Assembly: GCA_036568905.1 (NCBI GenBank)
Contig: DATCRQ010000001.1
Span: 430,399 to 494,398 of the forward strand
Direction of reading: 5' to 3'
DNA from: Candidatus Saccharimonadales bacterium
GTDB taxonomy: Bacteria > Patescibacteriota > Saccharimonadia > Saccharimonadales > UBA4665
DNA length: 64,000 nucleotides
A program made the translations under genes and the position numbers. The notes beneath the pieces are model-generated. The model ran no database searches. It saw only the letters and a program-made list of their open reading frames with translations, and was not told where the DNA came from. Numbering within the stretch: position 1 is the stretch's first letter; each line of letters begins with the position of its first letter. This document shows positions 34,670 through 43,954 of this stretch, one piece after another.

Positions 34670-37032
34670 ACCTGAAGAAAACGTTCGCAGGCTTTGGCCT
34701 CGGTGCGCTCGTTGCCAGTGACGCATTGATTGCCTTGCTGCATGTAGACGCGTTGTGGCCGCTGCGTATTATTTTGTTCCCGGCACTCGTACTGTTGCCG
34801 GGATATTTTGCTTTGCGGGCGTTTGGCATCACGAAGACGAATACCGTTAAGGCATTTTTGTACGCCGTAACTCTCGGCTTGTTTGGCTTGATGATCGCCG
34901 GCCTCGGTGCCAACGAATTCACCGGACTTTTCGTGCACACCTCACGGCCGTTGAGCTTTGCGAGCATCTTCATCTTTTGGAACATATTGTGTTTCACACT
35001 TTGGGGCGTCGCAACTTTGCATCGCAAGCCAGCAGCCCAGCCTTTCCAAGTGAGCGTTCGCGCGCAGAAAGGAATGTCATCCGAGCCTTCTGTACCAGAA
35101 GTCTCGTCCGCCACCTTTCCGGCTCCACTTCGGGAAGGGCAACTCACTTTACTGAGCCATGCGGCCGGCTGGAAACAGCACGACGTCATCGTAAGCTGCC
35201 TCGCACTTCTTCTGCCCGTCGTCATGGCGCTCGGCGCGTTTCGCTTGAACAACGGCGGCTCAAACATCGTCACGCTCTTCGGATTTGTCTGCGCCGCGTT
35301 GCTGCTTTTGTATGTTGTCGTGAGGCACAAAAGGCTGAGTGAGGGAACGCTGCTCGTCGTGCTGTTTGGCGTCGGCCTCAGCGTTTTGCTCGCGACGTCA
35401 TTACGAAGCTGGGCAATCACCGGCCACGACATCAAGCACGAGTACCAAGTCTTCACCCTTACCGACCAAACGGGCAAGTGGAGTATGGGCGGCCTGCGCG
35501 ACGCGTACAACGCGTGTCTCAGCATCACGATTTTGCCCGAAGTACTCAGCAAGCTCCTGCACATGAGCGGCCTCTACGTCTTCAAGTTTTTGTTTGAGGT
35601 CATCTTCGCTTTGTGTCCGCTCATCGTCTTTACAATCTTACGGCGCTTTACGACGACGTTCAACGCGCTCATCGGCGCGATTTTGTTCATCGCGTATCCT
35701 ACGTTCATCACCGACGCCGCAATGCTCACGCGGCAAGAAACGGCTTATATGTTCTTCGGCCTGGCGATGTTGACGTGGTTCGACAACGACGAAACATTTC
35801 ATAAGCATTGGAAGTTGCTCTTCATCGTATTGTCAGGCGGCGTGATCATGTCGCATTACTCGACGTCGTACACGTTTGCGGCGGTTTTGCTGCTTACGTA
35901 TTTCGCCCGCGTGTTGTTCGTGCCGAAGCACGCCTTCAGCGCGGCGCACAAAAAGTTGTCGCCAATTATGTTGGTGCTCATCGTGCTTGGTACGTTCTTT
36001 TGGTACGCGCAGCTTACGGACACCTCGGGCGGATTGTTTGCGACGGTTAAATCTTCCATCGCCAATATCGCGACGACGTTTAGCGCGGATAACAAGTCTT
36101 CGGACACGTCGGCAGCCTTGTTATTCTCGGCCTCGCAATCGCAAACGAGCATTTTTAACTCCTACGTTTCGAGTGTGCAAAGCAACAGCAGCGCGGCCGG
36201 GCAGGCGGCCGCCGGCAACTATCCAATTTCGCTGGCCGGCGACCAATTGCCGTATACGGCGCTTGGCAAAGCAATCAACGCGAGCGGCCTTGACGCCGGA
36301 AGCTTACAAGATTCGCTGCACTCGTTGTACGCCAAGCTGTTGCAGGTACTCGCTCTCGGCGGCGTCATACTCGTGGGCATCGAGGTCTTGAGAAAACGCT
36401 CGTCAAAGTTCAGCCCCGACTTCTTTGCACTCTGCGCCGCGAGCATCGTATTCCTCGGCGCGCTCGTCGTGCTGCCCAGCATTTCGCAGGATTACGGCAT
36501 CCTGCGTGCCTTCCAGCAATGCATGATCTTTTTGCTCGTCCCCATGATTCTCTTTGTAGAATTGCTCCTCAAAAAACTCCGTACGCGGTGGCGTGCAATG
36601 CTCATGGGCGCGCTTGCCCTCGGCGCATTTGTACTCTTCACGCCGGTGTCCTCAAACCTTATCGGCGGAGTCGATCCATCGCTCAACGCCAATAGCTACG
36701 GCTTTTACTACGGTTACTATTACACGACCGGGGGCGAGTTGGACGGCTACGCCTGGCTGTCCGCAAACGTTCCGAAGAGCGCCGACGTCCGCGCCGCCAA
36801 CTATCACACGGCCGATATGCAAAATCCGTTTTTTCCATTCACGCAAACGGGCATCTTGCCCGAACAAACCAAACCGAGCAGCTACGTGTTCCTCGACCAA
36901 ACCCAAACGCAAGGCCAAAAACTGTACCAAGAATTCAACGGCAATGCGTTGGTCACGACGTTCCCGCTCGCTTATTACCAAAACAATAAGGATTTGATTT
37001 ACGCTAACCCGACCGCGGAGATTTACCGCTGA
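34666..37032 (+). CDS. Large polytopic membrane protein (DUF2206-like); candidate glycan polymerase or GT-C transferase
   Basis: 788 aa with a GTG start. At least 13 TM helices, then a soluble tail of about 150 aa ending in NNKDLIYANPTAEIYR. There is no Wzy or other polymerase elsewhere in the locus. Confidence 0.65.
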   Translation: MNLKKTFAGFGLGALVASDALIALLHVDALWPLRIILFPALVLLPGYFALRAFGITKTNTVKAFLYAVTLGLFGLMIAGLGANEFTGLFVHTSRPLSFASIFIFWNILCFTLWGVATLHRKPAAQPFQVSVRAQKGMSSEPSVPEVSSATFPAPLREGQLTLLSHAAGWKQHDVIVSCLALLLPVVMALGAFRLNNGGSNIVTLFGFVCAALLLLYVVVRHKRLSEGTLLVVLFGVGLSVLLATSLRSWAITGHDIKHEYQVFTLTDQTGKWSMGGLRDAYNACLSITILPEVLSKLLHMSGLYVFKFLFEVIFALCPLIVFTILRRFTTTFNALIGAILFIAYPTFITDAAMLTRQETAYMFFGLAMLTWFDNDETFHKHWKLLFIVLSGGVIMSHYSTSYTFAAVLLLTYFARVLFVPKHAFSAAHKKLSPIMLVLIVLGTFFWYAQLTDTSGGLFATVKSSIANIATTFSADNKSSDTSAALLFSASQSQTSIFNSYVSSVQSNSSAAGQAAAGNYPISLAGDQLPYTALGKAINASGLDAGSLQDSLHSLYAKLLQVLALGGVILVGIEVLRKRSSKFSPDFFALCAASIVFLGALVVLPSISQDYGILRAFQQCMIFLLVPMILFVELLLKKLRTRWRAMLMGALALGAFVLFTPVSSNLIGGVDPSLNANSYGFYYGYYYTTGGELDGYAWLSANVPKSADVRAANYHTADMQNPFFPFTQTGILPEQTKPSSYVFLDQTQTQGQKLYQEFNGNALVTTFPLAYYQNNKDLIYANPTAEIYR

Positions 37033-38294
37033 TGATTACAAAACTTAAAGCACGCGTTGGCAACGACAAACTGCTCAGCAACTCGCTGTATTTGATGTTG
37101 GCGACAGGTGCGATGGCGCTGTTTGGTTTTGTGTTTTGGATTGTTGTAGCACATATGTTCAAGTCTACGACAGTTGGTTTGGCTACGACGCTGCTTTCGA
37201 TGTCCGGCCTCATCGCATCGCTCAGCCTCGTAGGTTTCGACACCGTTTTCATCCGTTTTTTGCCTAAGGCCGAGAACCGGAACGCGCATATCGACAGCGG
37301 CTTGATGATGGTCGGCATTGCCTCGGCCATTTTGTCCGCGGGCTTTTGCGCACTCGTGCCGCACCTTGCGCCAAAGCTCACGTTCGTTGACCACAACCTT
37401 TGGTATATTTTGAGTTTCGTCATCTTCACGATCTTCACGGCGTGGAACACGCTCACCAACGCAGTCTTCGTAGCGTACCGCGAAACGCGTTACGTGCTCG
37501 TCATCAATATTATCTTCAGCGCCATCAAGATGGTGTTGCCGTTTGCCGTCATGCATGGCGGTCCGATGGCGATTTTTGCCGTGGCCGGCATCGCGCAAGT
37601 CATCAACGTGTTGCTCAGCCTTGCGGCGATGATGAAGTACTTTGGCTACCGGCCGGCACCGATTATCCATCGCGATGTCGTGCGCGAAGTACGCAAATAT
37701 TCGTCGGGCTCGTACGTTGCGAGTTTCCTTAACCTTATGCCGATCACGGTTCTGCCGCTGGTCGTTACCAACCAACTTGGGCCGTCGCAGGCCGCGTTCT
37801 TTTACATCGCCTTCACGATTGCCAACCTGATATTTACCATTGGTTACTCCACGACGCAATCGTTGTTTGCGGAAAGCTCGCACAACGAAGAGAAATTGGA
37901 CGCCAACTTGCGGCGCGGCTTCAAGATTGCCGTCATCATTGGCGCGCCGGCGATTGTCGTACTGCTTTTGGCGGGGCAACTCATCCTCAAACCGTTCGGC
38001 CACGATTACGCTGACGGTGCCACAACGATCTTGCGCGTCCTCGGCGCCAGCAGCATTTTCGTGTACATGTACAGCGCGCTCAACGCGCTCTTCAAGGTCA
38101 CGAAGGATATTCGCGCCATGATCGTCGTCAACATTTTCTACGCCGGCATTATCATCGGCCTCGGCTGGGCGCTGGCCAAGCCGTTGCACCTTTTGGGCGT
38201 GGGCATTGCGTGGGCGAGCGGCAACTTCGCGGCGACAATCGTGGGGCTTTACTTCAGAAGAAGAGCCGCTCAACGCGAAGCAGCGTCGGCGTAA
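37032..38294 (+). CDS. Wzx-like oligosaccharide flippase (MOP superfamily)
   Basis: 420 aa. N-terminus LKARVGNDKLLSNSLYLMLATGAMALFGFVFWIVVAHMF and 12 to 14 TM helices. TGATG overlap with the upstream gene. Confidence 0.8.
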   Translation: MITKLKARVGNDKLLSNSLYLMLATGAMALFGFVFWIVVAHMFKSTTVGLATTLLSMSGLIASLSLVGFDTVFIRFLPKAENRNAHIDSGLMMVGIASAILSAGFCALVPHLAPKLTFVDHNLWYILSFVIFTIFTAWNTLTNAVFVAYRETRYVLVINIIFSAIKMVLPFAVMHGGPMAIFAVAGIAQVINVLLSLAAMMKYFGYRPAPIIHRDVVREVRKYSSGSYVASFLNLMPITVLPLVVTNQLGPSQAAFFYIAFTIANLIFTIGYSTTQSLFAESSHNEEKLDANLRRGFKIAVIIGAPAIVVLLLAGQLILKPFGHDYADGATTILRVLGASSIFVYMYSALNALFKVTKDIRAMIVVNIFYAGIIIGLGWALAKPLHLLGVGIAWASGNFAATIVGLYFRRRAAQREAASA

Positions 38295-39553
38295 GTCTCG
38301 GCTACGATGTCAATCGAGTCCGACGCTTGCTTGATGTAGCCCGGCAAAACCTTACGAAGCTTTTTGCGGTAATCTTCGCCGTGCACAATAAGTTCGTCGG
38401 CTTTTTGGATGAGCAATTCGGCGCTGACGTCTTCGATTTTTACCCACCAATCGTCGAGGCCGAGGTCCTTCATAATGCCGCTGGTTTTGTGCTCATACTC
38501 GATGGCCAGCGCCGGCACAAACGCCGTCAAAGAAAAAATGATCGAGTGAAACCGCGTGCCAACAATAAAGTCGAGGTCGCTGTACAGCGCCTTAATTTGG
38601 TGATGGTCGTAGTTTTCCATCAGCACTTCAACGTCCTTTTTGTGCTTGATGAGTTTACGCACGCGCTGGCCGACTTCGCGGTCGTCGTCGTGATGAAACT
38701 TGGCCGTGACTTGCGGGATAAACACAACCTTCGCGCCATATTTTTTCACGAGATGATCGGCGAGGGAAGCGATGGCTTGCTCATACTTCGCTTGCTTCTC
38801 AGGCTGCATCCACGCCCGCACCGTGATGCCAACGATGAGTTGCTTAGGCTTTGCCTTGAGCATCTTCCTGAGGTCAGCCGACTTGGGCGCAGTAAAGAGA
38901 AAGCCGGCGTCCACGGATTTTACGATCGGCTTCGTGACGCCAATCTTCTCCAGCAAATCCTTGCTGATTTGCTCGCGCGTGATAATCGCGCTCACTTTAC
39001 GGTTGAACGTATAACGAATCAAACGCTCCTCAAACGTATGATAAAACGGCCCGAACGATTGCGCATACAACGCCGTTGGCGTGCCCAAAGCGCTCGCCAC
39101 GAACAGCGGATGCGTGAGCAGCATGAGGTTGTAGATGCTCGTAAGGTCGCGCTGGCCGCGAAGATAGCCGCCGCCGACGGCGATCACCAAATCAGCCTCG
39201 GCGTACAGCTTCGCGATTTTGCGCAGGCTCTTTGGCAACGGCAAACTGATATGCAAATAGCGCCGCGCGTACGCCCAAACGGTCGTCGCACTCATAATAT
39301 ATATGCCGTAGGCAAGTTTGGCCGGCTTGCTGGCTGCGCCGAAGTTGGCAAAGTACATAAACGCGTGCTCAACCGGCACCCCCTCGAACGTTTCGCCGGG
39401 CTTCGTCGTGTCGAGGCTGAGCACCGTGAGTTTGGCCGGCTTAAACTTGCGCTGCGTCTCACGTATGAGCACACTCAGCAGCGCGGCGTCGCCCTTATTA
39501 TCCTTTGAATAGGCGTGCGAAATAATAATGTTGCGTGGTTGACCCTGGTCCAT
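38270..39553 (-). CDS. Polysaccharide pyruvyl transferase family protein
   Basis: 427 aa. NIIISHAYSKDNKGDAALLSVLI (G-x-x-N-x-GD motif), VIAVGGGYLRG, FIVGTRFHSIIFSL. It overlaps the flippase gene end convergently by 25 bp. Confidence 0.8.
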   Translation of the reverse strand: MDQGQPRNIIISHAYSKDNKGDAALLSVLIRETQRKFKPAKLTVLSLDTTKPGETFEGVPVEHAFMYFANFGAASKPAKLAYGIYIMSATTVWAYARRYLHISLPLPKSLRKIAKLYAEADLVIAVGGGYLRGQRDLTSIYNLMLLTHPLFVASALGTPTALYAQSFGPFYHTFEERLIRYTFNRKVSAIITREQISKDLLEKIGVTKPIVKSVDAGFLFTAPKSADLRKMLKAKPKQLIVGITVRAWMQPEKQAKYEQAIASLADHLVKKYGAKVVFIPQVTAKFHHDDDREVGQRVRKLIKHKKDVEVLMENYDHHQIKALYSDLDFIVGTRFHSIIFSLTAFVPALAIEYEHKTSGIMKDLGLDDWWVKIEDVSAELLIQKADELIVHGEDYRKKLRKVLPGYIKQASDSIDIVAETYADAASR

Positions 39554-39793
39554 GCAAAAATAAAATAGCCGCTTTCGCGGACTAAGTCCCTGGAAGATAA
39601 CCCTGGTTATCCTTTGTAGTATAGCATGCGCGTTTGAGTGGTTTTACACGGCATCATAAAAAATTACAACGACCTTTAGAGGTCAGTCTGGCTTGCAAGC
39701 CGAGGCAACTCACGATACTGTAAGCGCGTTGAAGTTGTAATGCTTTTAGGCAACAGAGTTCAGGGGCTGACTGTGTTTGCTATTGCCAAAATT

Positions 39794-42700
39794 ATGCCTC
39801 GATTACCACTGCCCGGTTCAGACGCAAATCATTGGGGAACAATCCTCAACGATTTCTTGTCGGTCGAACATTCGGCCGATGGCTCACTCAAACTCCGCAC
39901 CGACGGAACGTTGAATGGTTTTTATTCCAAGCCCAGCGGCGGTATTCCGGCTGGCGATCTGAGCGCAAGCGTCCAAGCTTCTTTGACGTCGCCTCAGAAC
40001 TTTGTTGACCTTTCAAGTTTGCAGACGATTAATGGCGCTAAGACGTTCTCGCAAAATATTTCCGTGCCCGGCGGCACGGTCACGCCGCTCGATTGGCACA
40101 ACGTAAAAACCTACGGCGCCGTCGGCGACGGCATCACCGATGATCTTGCTGCCGTACAGTCTGCCGTCAACGCCGCATCGTCCGCAGGCGGCGGCGTGGT
40201 GTTCTTTCCAAAGGCAACATATTTGTTAAGCGCGGCACTCGCACCGAAGTCTAGCGTTACATTGCTCGGCGTAGGCAGTGGCAGCGTGCTTAAAACCAGC
40301 GCAAACAGCTACATCGTCGGCACAACAACAGCTTCCTTCAGCGACTTCACCATAGACAGCATTACGTTTGTCGGGCCGGTCAACAATAGCGTTTCCGTCC
40401 CGACGCGCGCCCGTACCACGTCGGGCAACGGCGCGCAAAATGCCGTGTACCTCGACACAAATCAAGATCCGTACAACCCGGGCGGTGGTGCAATCACCAA
40501 TTTCACGATGCGCAATTGCACGGTCAAAGACTGTACGGCGCTGCCAATCAACATTCGCGGCGTGGGCGGCGTCGTGCGCGTAGTAAATAATAATTTCTAT
40601 AATAACCAGGACGTCGGCTTCATTTATTGCAGCGAGGTTATCTTTGCCAACAACCACGTGCAAATGTCCGCCGACAACGGTGTGTCCATCTCGCGAGGCA
40701 ACCAAAAGGTAAGTTGCACCGGCAATACATTCGATAACTGTTGCTACAACGGCATTTGGCTGTCCGGCTTTGATGTCCAAGGTAACGGTGCCCTCAACGA
40801 AACCGGCCCGACGTTTTTCTCGTGCACTGGCAACACGATTACCAACGTTGGCTTCAATGGCATTATCGCCGACGGCGCTCCGGCGCACGGCGTCATCTCC
40901 GGCAACTTCATTAACCAAGGATACTTCCGTGGCCCAAGCGACCAGCCGAGTGACGTCAATGGCGCCGGCATTTACATCGGCGGCTATCCAATCAGCGCGC
41001 GCACGTCGCCAACGGCATACGCCACTAATATCAACGTCGTTGGTAACACGTTATATCAATGCGCACGCGCCGGCGTATACGTCACGGGCGCGAAAGCGAT
41101 TAACATTGACGCCAACCTCATTCTCAACTGCGGCACGCAGTTCAAGGCCGACGGCGCGACGGCCATCGCCAGCAGCGACAGTTCGCAGAACGTCGGCGTC
41201 CTCATCGACAATGTCAGCACCAATACCGACATATGCGTTCGCATGAACACCGTCCTCGATGAACGTAGCACGCCTTACTGCAATCAGGCACTTGCGCCGC
41301 AATCGCCACCAAGCTCGTTTATGTATTACTACAACCAGATGACCGGCTGTCGCAACGCGTATAATTTGCTTGATTACACATCAAATACGCGCGAAATTTC
41401 CGGGACCTATCGCTTTGACAGCCCGCTCAAAGCTGTCGGCGGCGCGACGGCCGGCAGCAATGCCGGCACCGGCACGGTCGCCGGCTTTGACATCAACGGC
41501 GCGTCAGGCTCTACCCGGCCGTTCCGCTTGCTCACGGCGGGCAATGCACGCTGGCTCATGCGTGCGAGTTCTACGGCAGAGAGCGGTTCCAACGTTGGCT
41601 CAGATTTTGCTATCGACGCCTACGACGACACCGGCACGTACCTCAGCAGTCCGCTCACCATCACGCGCGCAACGCAGGCAACAACGATCGCCAGACTCAT
41701 CGCCAATTCGCTGAGCCTGACAGGAGGCATGAGTTCGTCGCTGAGCATGAACGGCAACGATATTCTAAACGCCCACAACATTACCGACACCAACAACAGC
41801 ATCGTATTAGCGTTTGTACCGACGGCCAACGCGGTGAATTATATTGCCGTCCAAAACAACACGACGACCAACAATCCGGCATTCTACACCGAAGGTGCCG
41901 ATGCGGACATCGGCATGACCTTCAAAACGCAAGGCAAGGGGACGACCGTCTTCCATCCCGGCACCGATACGGCCGGAGCTGTACAATTCCGTGCCGCGGC
42001 AAACACTGCAGCCGCAACAGTGCTCGGCATCGATACCGCCAACGGCAGAGTCGGAATCAACACTGCGGCGCCCGCCAATGCACTCGACGTCAACGGCACG
42101 CTCTCGGCGACGTCCTTAAAGATAACTACCTCGCCGGCAGCCGGCTACGTATTGACCTCGGATGCCTCGGGAAATGCAACGTGGCAGGCGACGGCTGTCT
42201 CGGGCACTGCCGGTGGTGATCTCGCCGGCACATATCCCAACCCAACGCTCACGGGCAGCGCGAATGTCGAGAGCATCATCCGCGCCAATCGCCTCGATCA
42301 ATTCGCCGCACCGACATCAAGTGTCTCGCTCAGTTCACAAAAGATCACCAACCTTGCAAATGGTAGTGCAACAACTGACGCCGCAACCTTTGGCCAAATC
42401 CCCGCGGCTACAACGACAGTTCCGTCGCTTGCAACCAGCACGGCTGCAGCAGCCGGCACGGCCATAACATTTGCCCGTGCCGACCATGTCCATCCGGCTA
42501 CGTACGCATGGACAACCGCCGATTACGGATTGCTGTCGCAAAACATGGATATTGCCATGCTTAGTGGCAATAGTGTTGTGCCCACAGCCGGCACCATATT
42601 TCTGGCAAAGATGAACATTCCCGTAGCTATAACGGCGACTAACGTGCTGCTGTGGGTGGCCGTTGCGGGCAGCGGGCTTACCAGCGGGCAAAACTTTGCA

Positions 42701-43018
42701 GCGTTGTATTCCGGCAGCGGCACGCTGCTCGCCAAAACAAGCGATCAATCTGCTAACTGGCAAAACACCGGTTTGCAAACCATGCCGCTCACGGCCGCAC
42801 AGGCATTGAACCCCGGATCGTACTACGTTGCCTTTTGGGTAAACGGCACGACGCTGCCGGCGTTCCGAGCCGGCATTGGCTCGGCGTCGGTGAACGCAGG
42901 CCTCACAGGCAACGCCGCCCGTTTTGCCAGCGCCAACACAGGCGTCACCACAACGGCGCCAGCAACTCTGGGCACGGTCAGCGCCGATGGGCACTCATGG
43001 TGGGCTGCCTTCAGCTAA
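39794..43018 (+). CDS. Mosaic tail-fibre/tailspike-like surface protein: shared N-terminal adaptor + right-handed beta-helix (pectate-lyase-3-like) + fibre repeats + C-terminal beta-sandwich
   Basis: MPRLPLPGSDANHWGTILNDFLSVEHSADGSL. QTINGAKTF. WHNVKTYGAVGDGITDDLAAVQSAVNAASSAGGGVVFFPKATYLL, followed by repeated NN/GN beta-helix rungs. GRVGINTAAPANALDVNG...GYVLTSDASGNATWQ. DAATFGQ. ITFARADHVHP. The track ORF starts at 39740; ATG 39794 matches the paralogous N-terminus. Confidence 0.8.
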   Translation: MPRLPLPGSDANHWGTILNDFLSVEHSADGSLKLRTDGTLNGFYSKPSGGIPAGDLSASVQASLTSPQNFVDLSSLQTINGAKTFSQNISVPGGTVTPLDWHNVKTYGAVGDGITDDLAAVQSAVNAASSAGGGVVFFPKATYLLSAALAPKSSVTLLGVGSGSVLKTSANSYIVGTTTASFSDFTIDSITFVGPVNNSVSVPTRARTTSGNGAQNAVYLDTNQDPYNPGGGAITNFTMRNCTVKDCTALPINIRGVGGVVRVVNNNFYNNQDVGFIYCSEVIFANNHVQMSADNGVSISRGNQKVSCTGNTFDNCCYNGIWLSGFDVQGNGALNETGPTFFSCTGNTITNVGFNGIIADGAPAHGVISGNFINQGYFRGPSDQPSDVNGAGIYIGGYPISARTSPTAYATNINVVGNTLYQCARAGVYVTGAKAINIDANLILNCGTQFKADGATAIASSDSSQNVGVLIDNVSTNTDICVRMNTVLDERSTPYCNQALAPQSPPSSFMYYYNQMTGCRNAYNLLDYTSNTREISGTYRFDSPLKAVGGATAGSNAGTGTVAGFDINGASGSTRPFRLLTAGNARWLMRASSTAESGSNVGSDFAIDAYDDTGTYLSSPLTITRATQATTIARLIANSLSLTGGMSSSLSMNGNDILNAHNITDTNNSIVLAFVPTANAVNYIAVQNNTTTNNPAFYTEGADADIGMTFKTQGKGTTVFHPGTDTAGAVQFRAAANTAAATVLGIDTANGRVGINTAAPANALDVNGTLSATSLKITTSPAAGYVLTSDASGNATWQATAVSGTAGGDLAGTYPNPTLTGSANVESIIRANRLDQFAAPTSSVSLSSQKITNLANGSATTDAATFGQIPAATTTVPSLATSTAAAAGTAITFARADHVHPATYAWTTADYGLLSQNMDIAMLSGNSVVPTAGTIFLAKMNIPVAITATNVLLWVAVAGSGLTSGQNFAALYSGSGTLLAKTSDQSANWQNTGLQTMPLTAAQALNPGSYYVAFWVNGTTLPAFRAGIGSASVNAGLTGNAARFASANTGVTTTAPATLGTVSADGHSWWAAFS

Positions 43019-43947
43019 TTAGCCGCCGGCCGCCCCAACAGCCATCGGTAGCTTACAGCCCAAAACGCAATTGAATATAAAGCGAAGAAAATCATCCCGG
43101 CATACGTATGAAAAAGGCTGAACGCCAGATGCGGGTTGATATAGTAGCCAGCCAGGACGAGTACGTACACGCGCAAAATATTGCAGCCAAACAGGAGAAG
43201 CATCGCGGCGGGAAACACGAGAATGAACCGGCGCTTGTTAAAACGTTTCCAGTCCAAAAATCCAACGATCGCATAGAAGCCGCTAAACAATGCCAGGGAT
43301 TCGATCCCCGAACAATATTGCGCCACGGTTATGCCGAACTTCGTAAGCAGCAAAGTGCGCGGCGGGATAATCGCTACCGTCAGGCCGCTCGTGCGTAACA
43401 ACCACGCCGCAGCGTGGAGCACGACGCCGGCGAGCACTGGCCAAAGCGCATAGATACCAGCGAGCAGGAAGTAAAAACAAACGCCTGAGATAACGGCGAG
43501 GCCCAACTCCCGTCGATATGCTCGGACAACCAACCGCAATGCCGCCGGCCCAAAACAGCCGCCCAAAGCAAACACAACGCTCGCAAGCAAAAAGCCATGC
43601 GCGCCAACCAGCCAAAGTTCGGTACGTTGTCCGACGAGCAGATGCCCGACGCACCACCACGAGGCAGCGAAGCTTGCCGTCGCTGTGGCCAGCCAGCCAA
43701 AGTTCCCTTGACGCCACGCAGGCAATTGTACTGACCATTGCGTGCGATAGGCAAGCAGGGCGAACGCAATAAGCGCAAACAGCAACGCCTTACCAAAGCC
43801 TCCATACCAGCCAAAGCCGTCGCGGTTTAGGATGGAGCTGCCTACAATCCTCGGACCAATCAAACCCGAAAACACGACAAAGACCGTCAAAAAAGCAATC
43901 AGCCGCTCAATGAGCGGCGTGATTGCTTTTGGAAGCTTCAACTTCAT
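43015..43947 (-). CDS. Exosortase/archaeosortase-family transpeptidase homologue
   Basis: Polytopic protein with about 8 TM helices. Family motifs occur in the expected order: VAQYCSGIESLALFSG (Cys), FGCNILRVYVLV (Arg), SLFHTYAGMIFF (His). ATG 43947 is preferred; a TTG alternative lies at 43989. Confidence 0.7.
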   Translation of the reverse strand: MKLKLPKAITPLIERLIAFLTVFVVFSGLIGPRIVGSSILNRDGFGWYGGFGKALLFALIAFALLAYRTQWSVQLPAWRQGNFGWLATATASFAASWWCVGHLLVGQRTELWLVGAHGFLLASVVFALGGCFGPAALRLVVRAYRRELGLAVISGVCFYFLLAGIYALWPVLAGVVLHAAAWLLRTSGLTVAIIPPRTLLLTKFGITVAQYCSGIESLALFSGFYAIVGFLDWKRFNKRRFILVFPAAMLLLFGCNILRVYVLVLAGYYINPHLAFSLFHTYAGMIFFALYSIAFWAVSYRWLLGRPAAN

Positions 43948-43954
43948 GAAACGT

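Noticed and set aside
37023-38273. 416-aa minus-strand ORF spanning the whole flippase gene
   Set aside because: The product is extremely R/D/E/N/H-rich with no hydrophobic segments, which is typical of an antisense shadow of a GC-rich membrane-protein gene. The plus-strand product has a textbook Wzx-like TM pattern and is translationally coupled to its operon.
38210-39508. 432-aa plus-strand ORF antisense to the pyruvyl-transferase gene
   Set aside because: Its composition is R/L/V/D-rich with no motifs. The minus-strand product carries the pyruvyl-transferase N-x-GD and FHS motifs. It is a shadow ORF.
13528-43018. Prophage or tailocin interpretation of the two tail-fibre-like genes
   Set aside because: No terminase, portal, capsid, tape-measure, baseplate, holin/lysin, integrase or att-like repeat is present near either gene, or anywhere in the window. 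The genes are 26 kb apart and embedded in cellular envelope loci. A remnant origin remains possible, but an intact element is not supported.
41900-43018. Diversity-generating retroelement targeting the C-terminal domain of the large fibre-like protein
   Set aside because: There is no reverse-transcriptase gene in the window. I noticed no nearby non-coding near-duplicate (template repeat) of the gene's 3-prime end, although a computational self-alignment would be needed to be certain.
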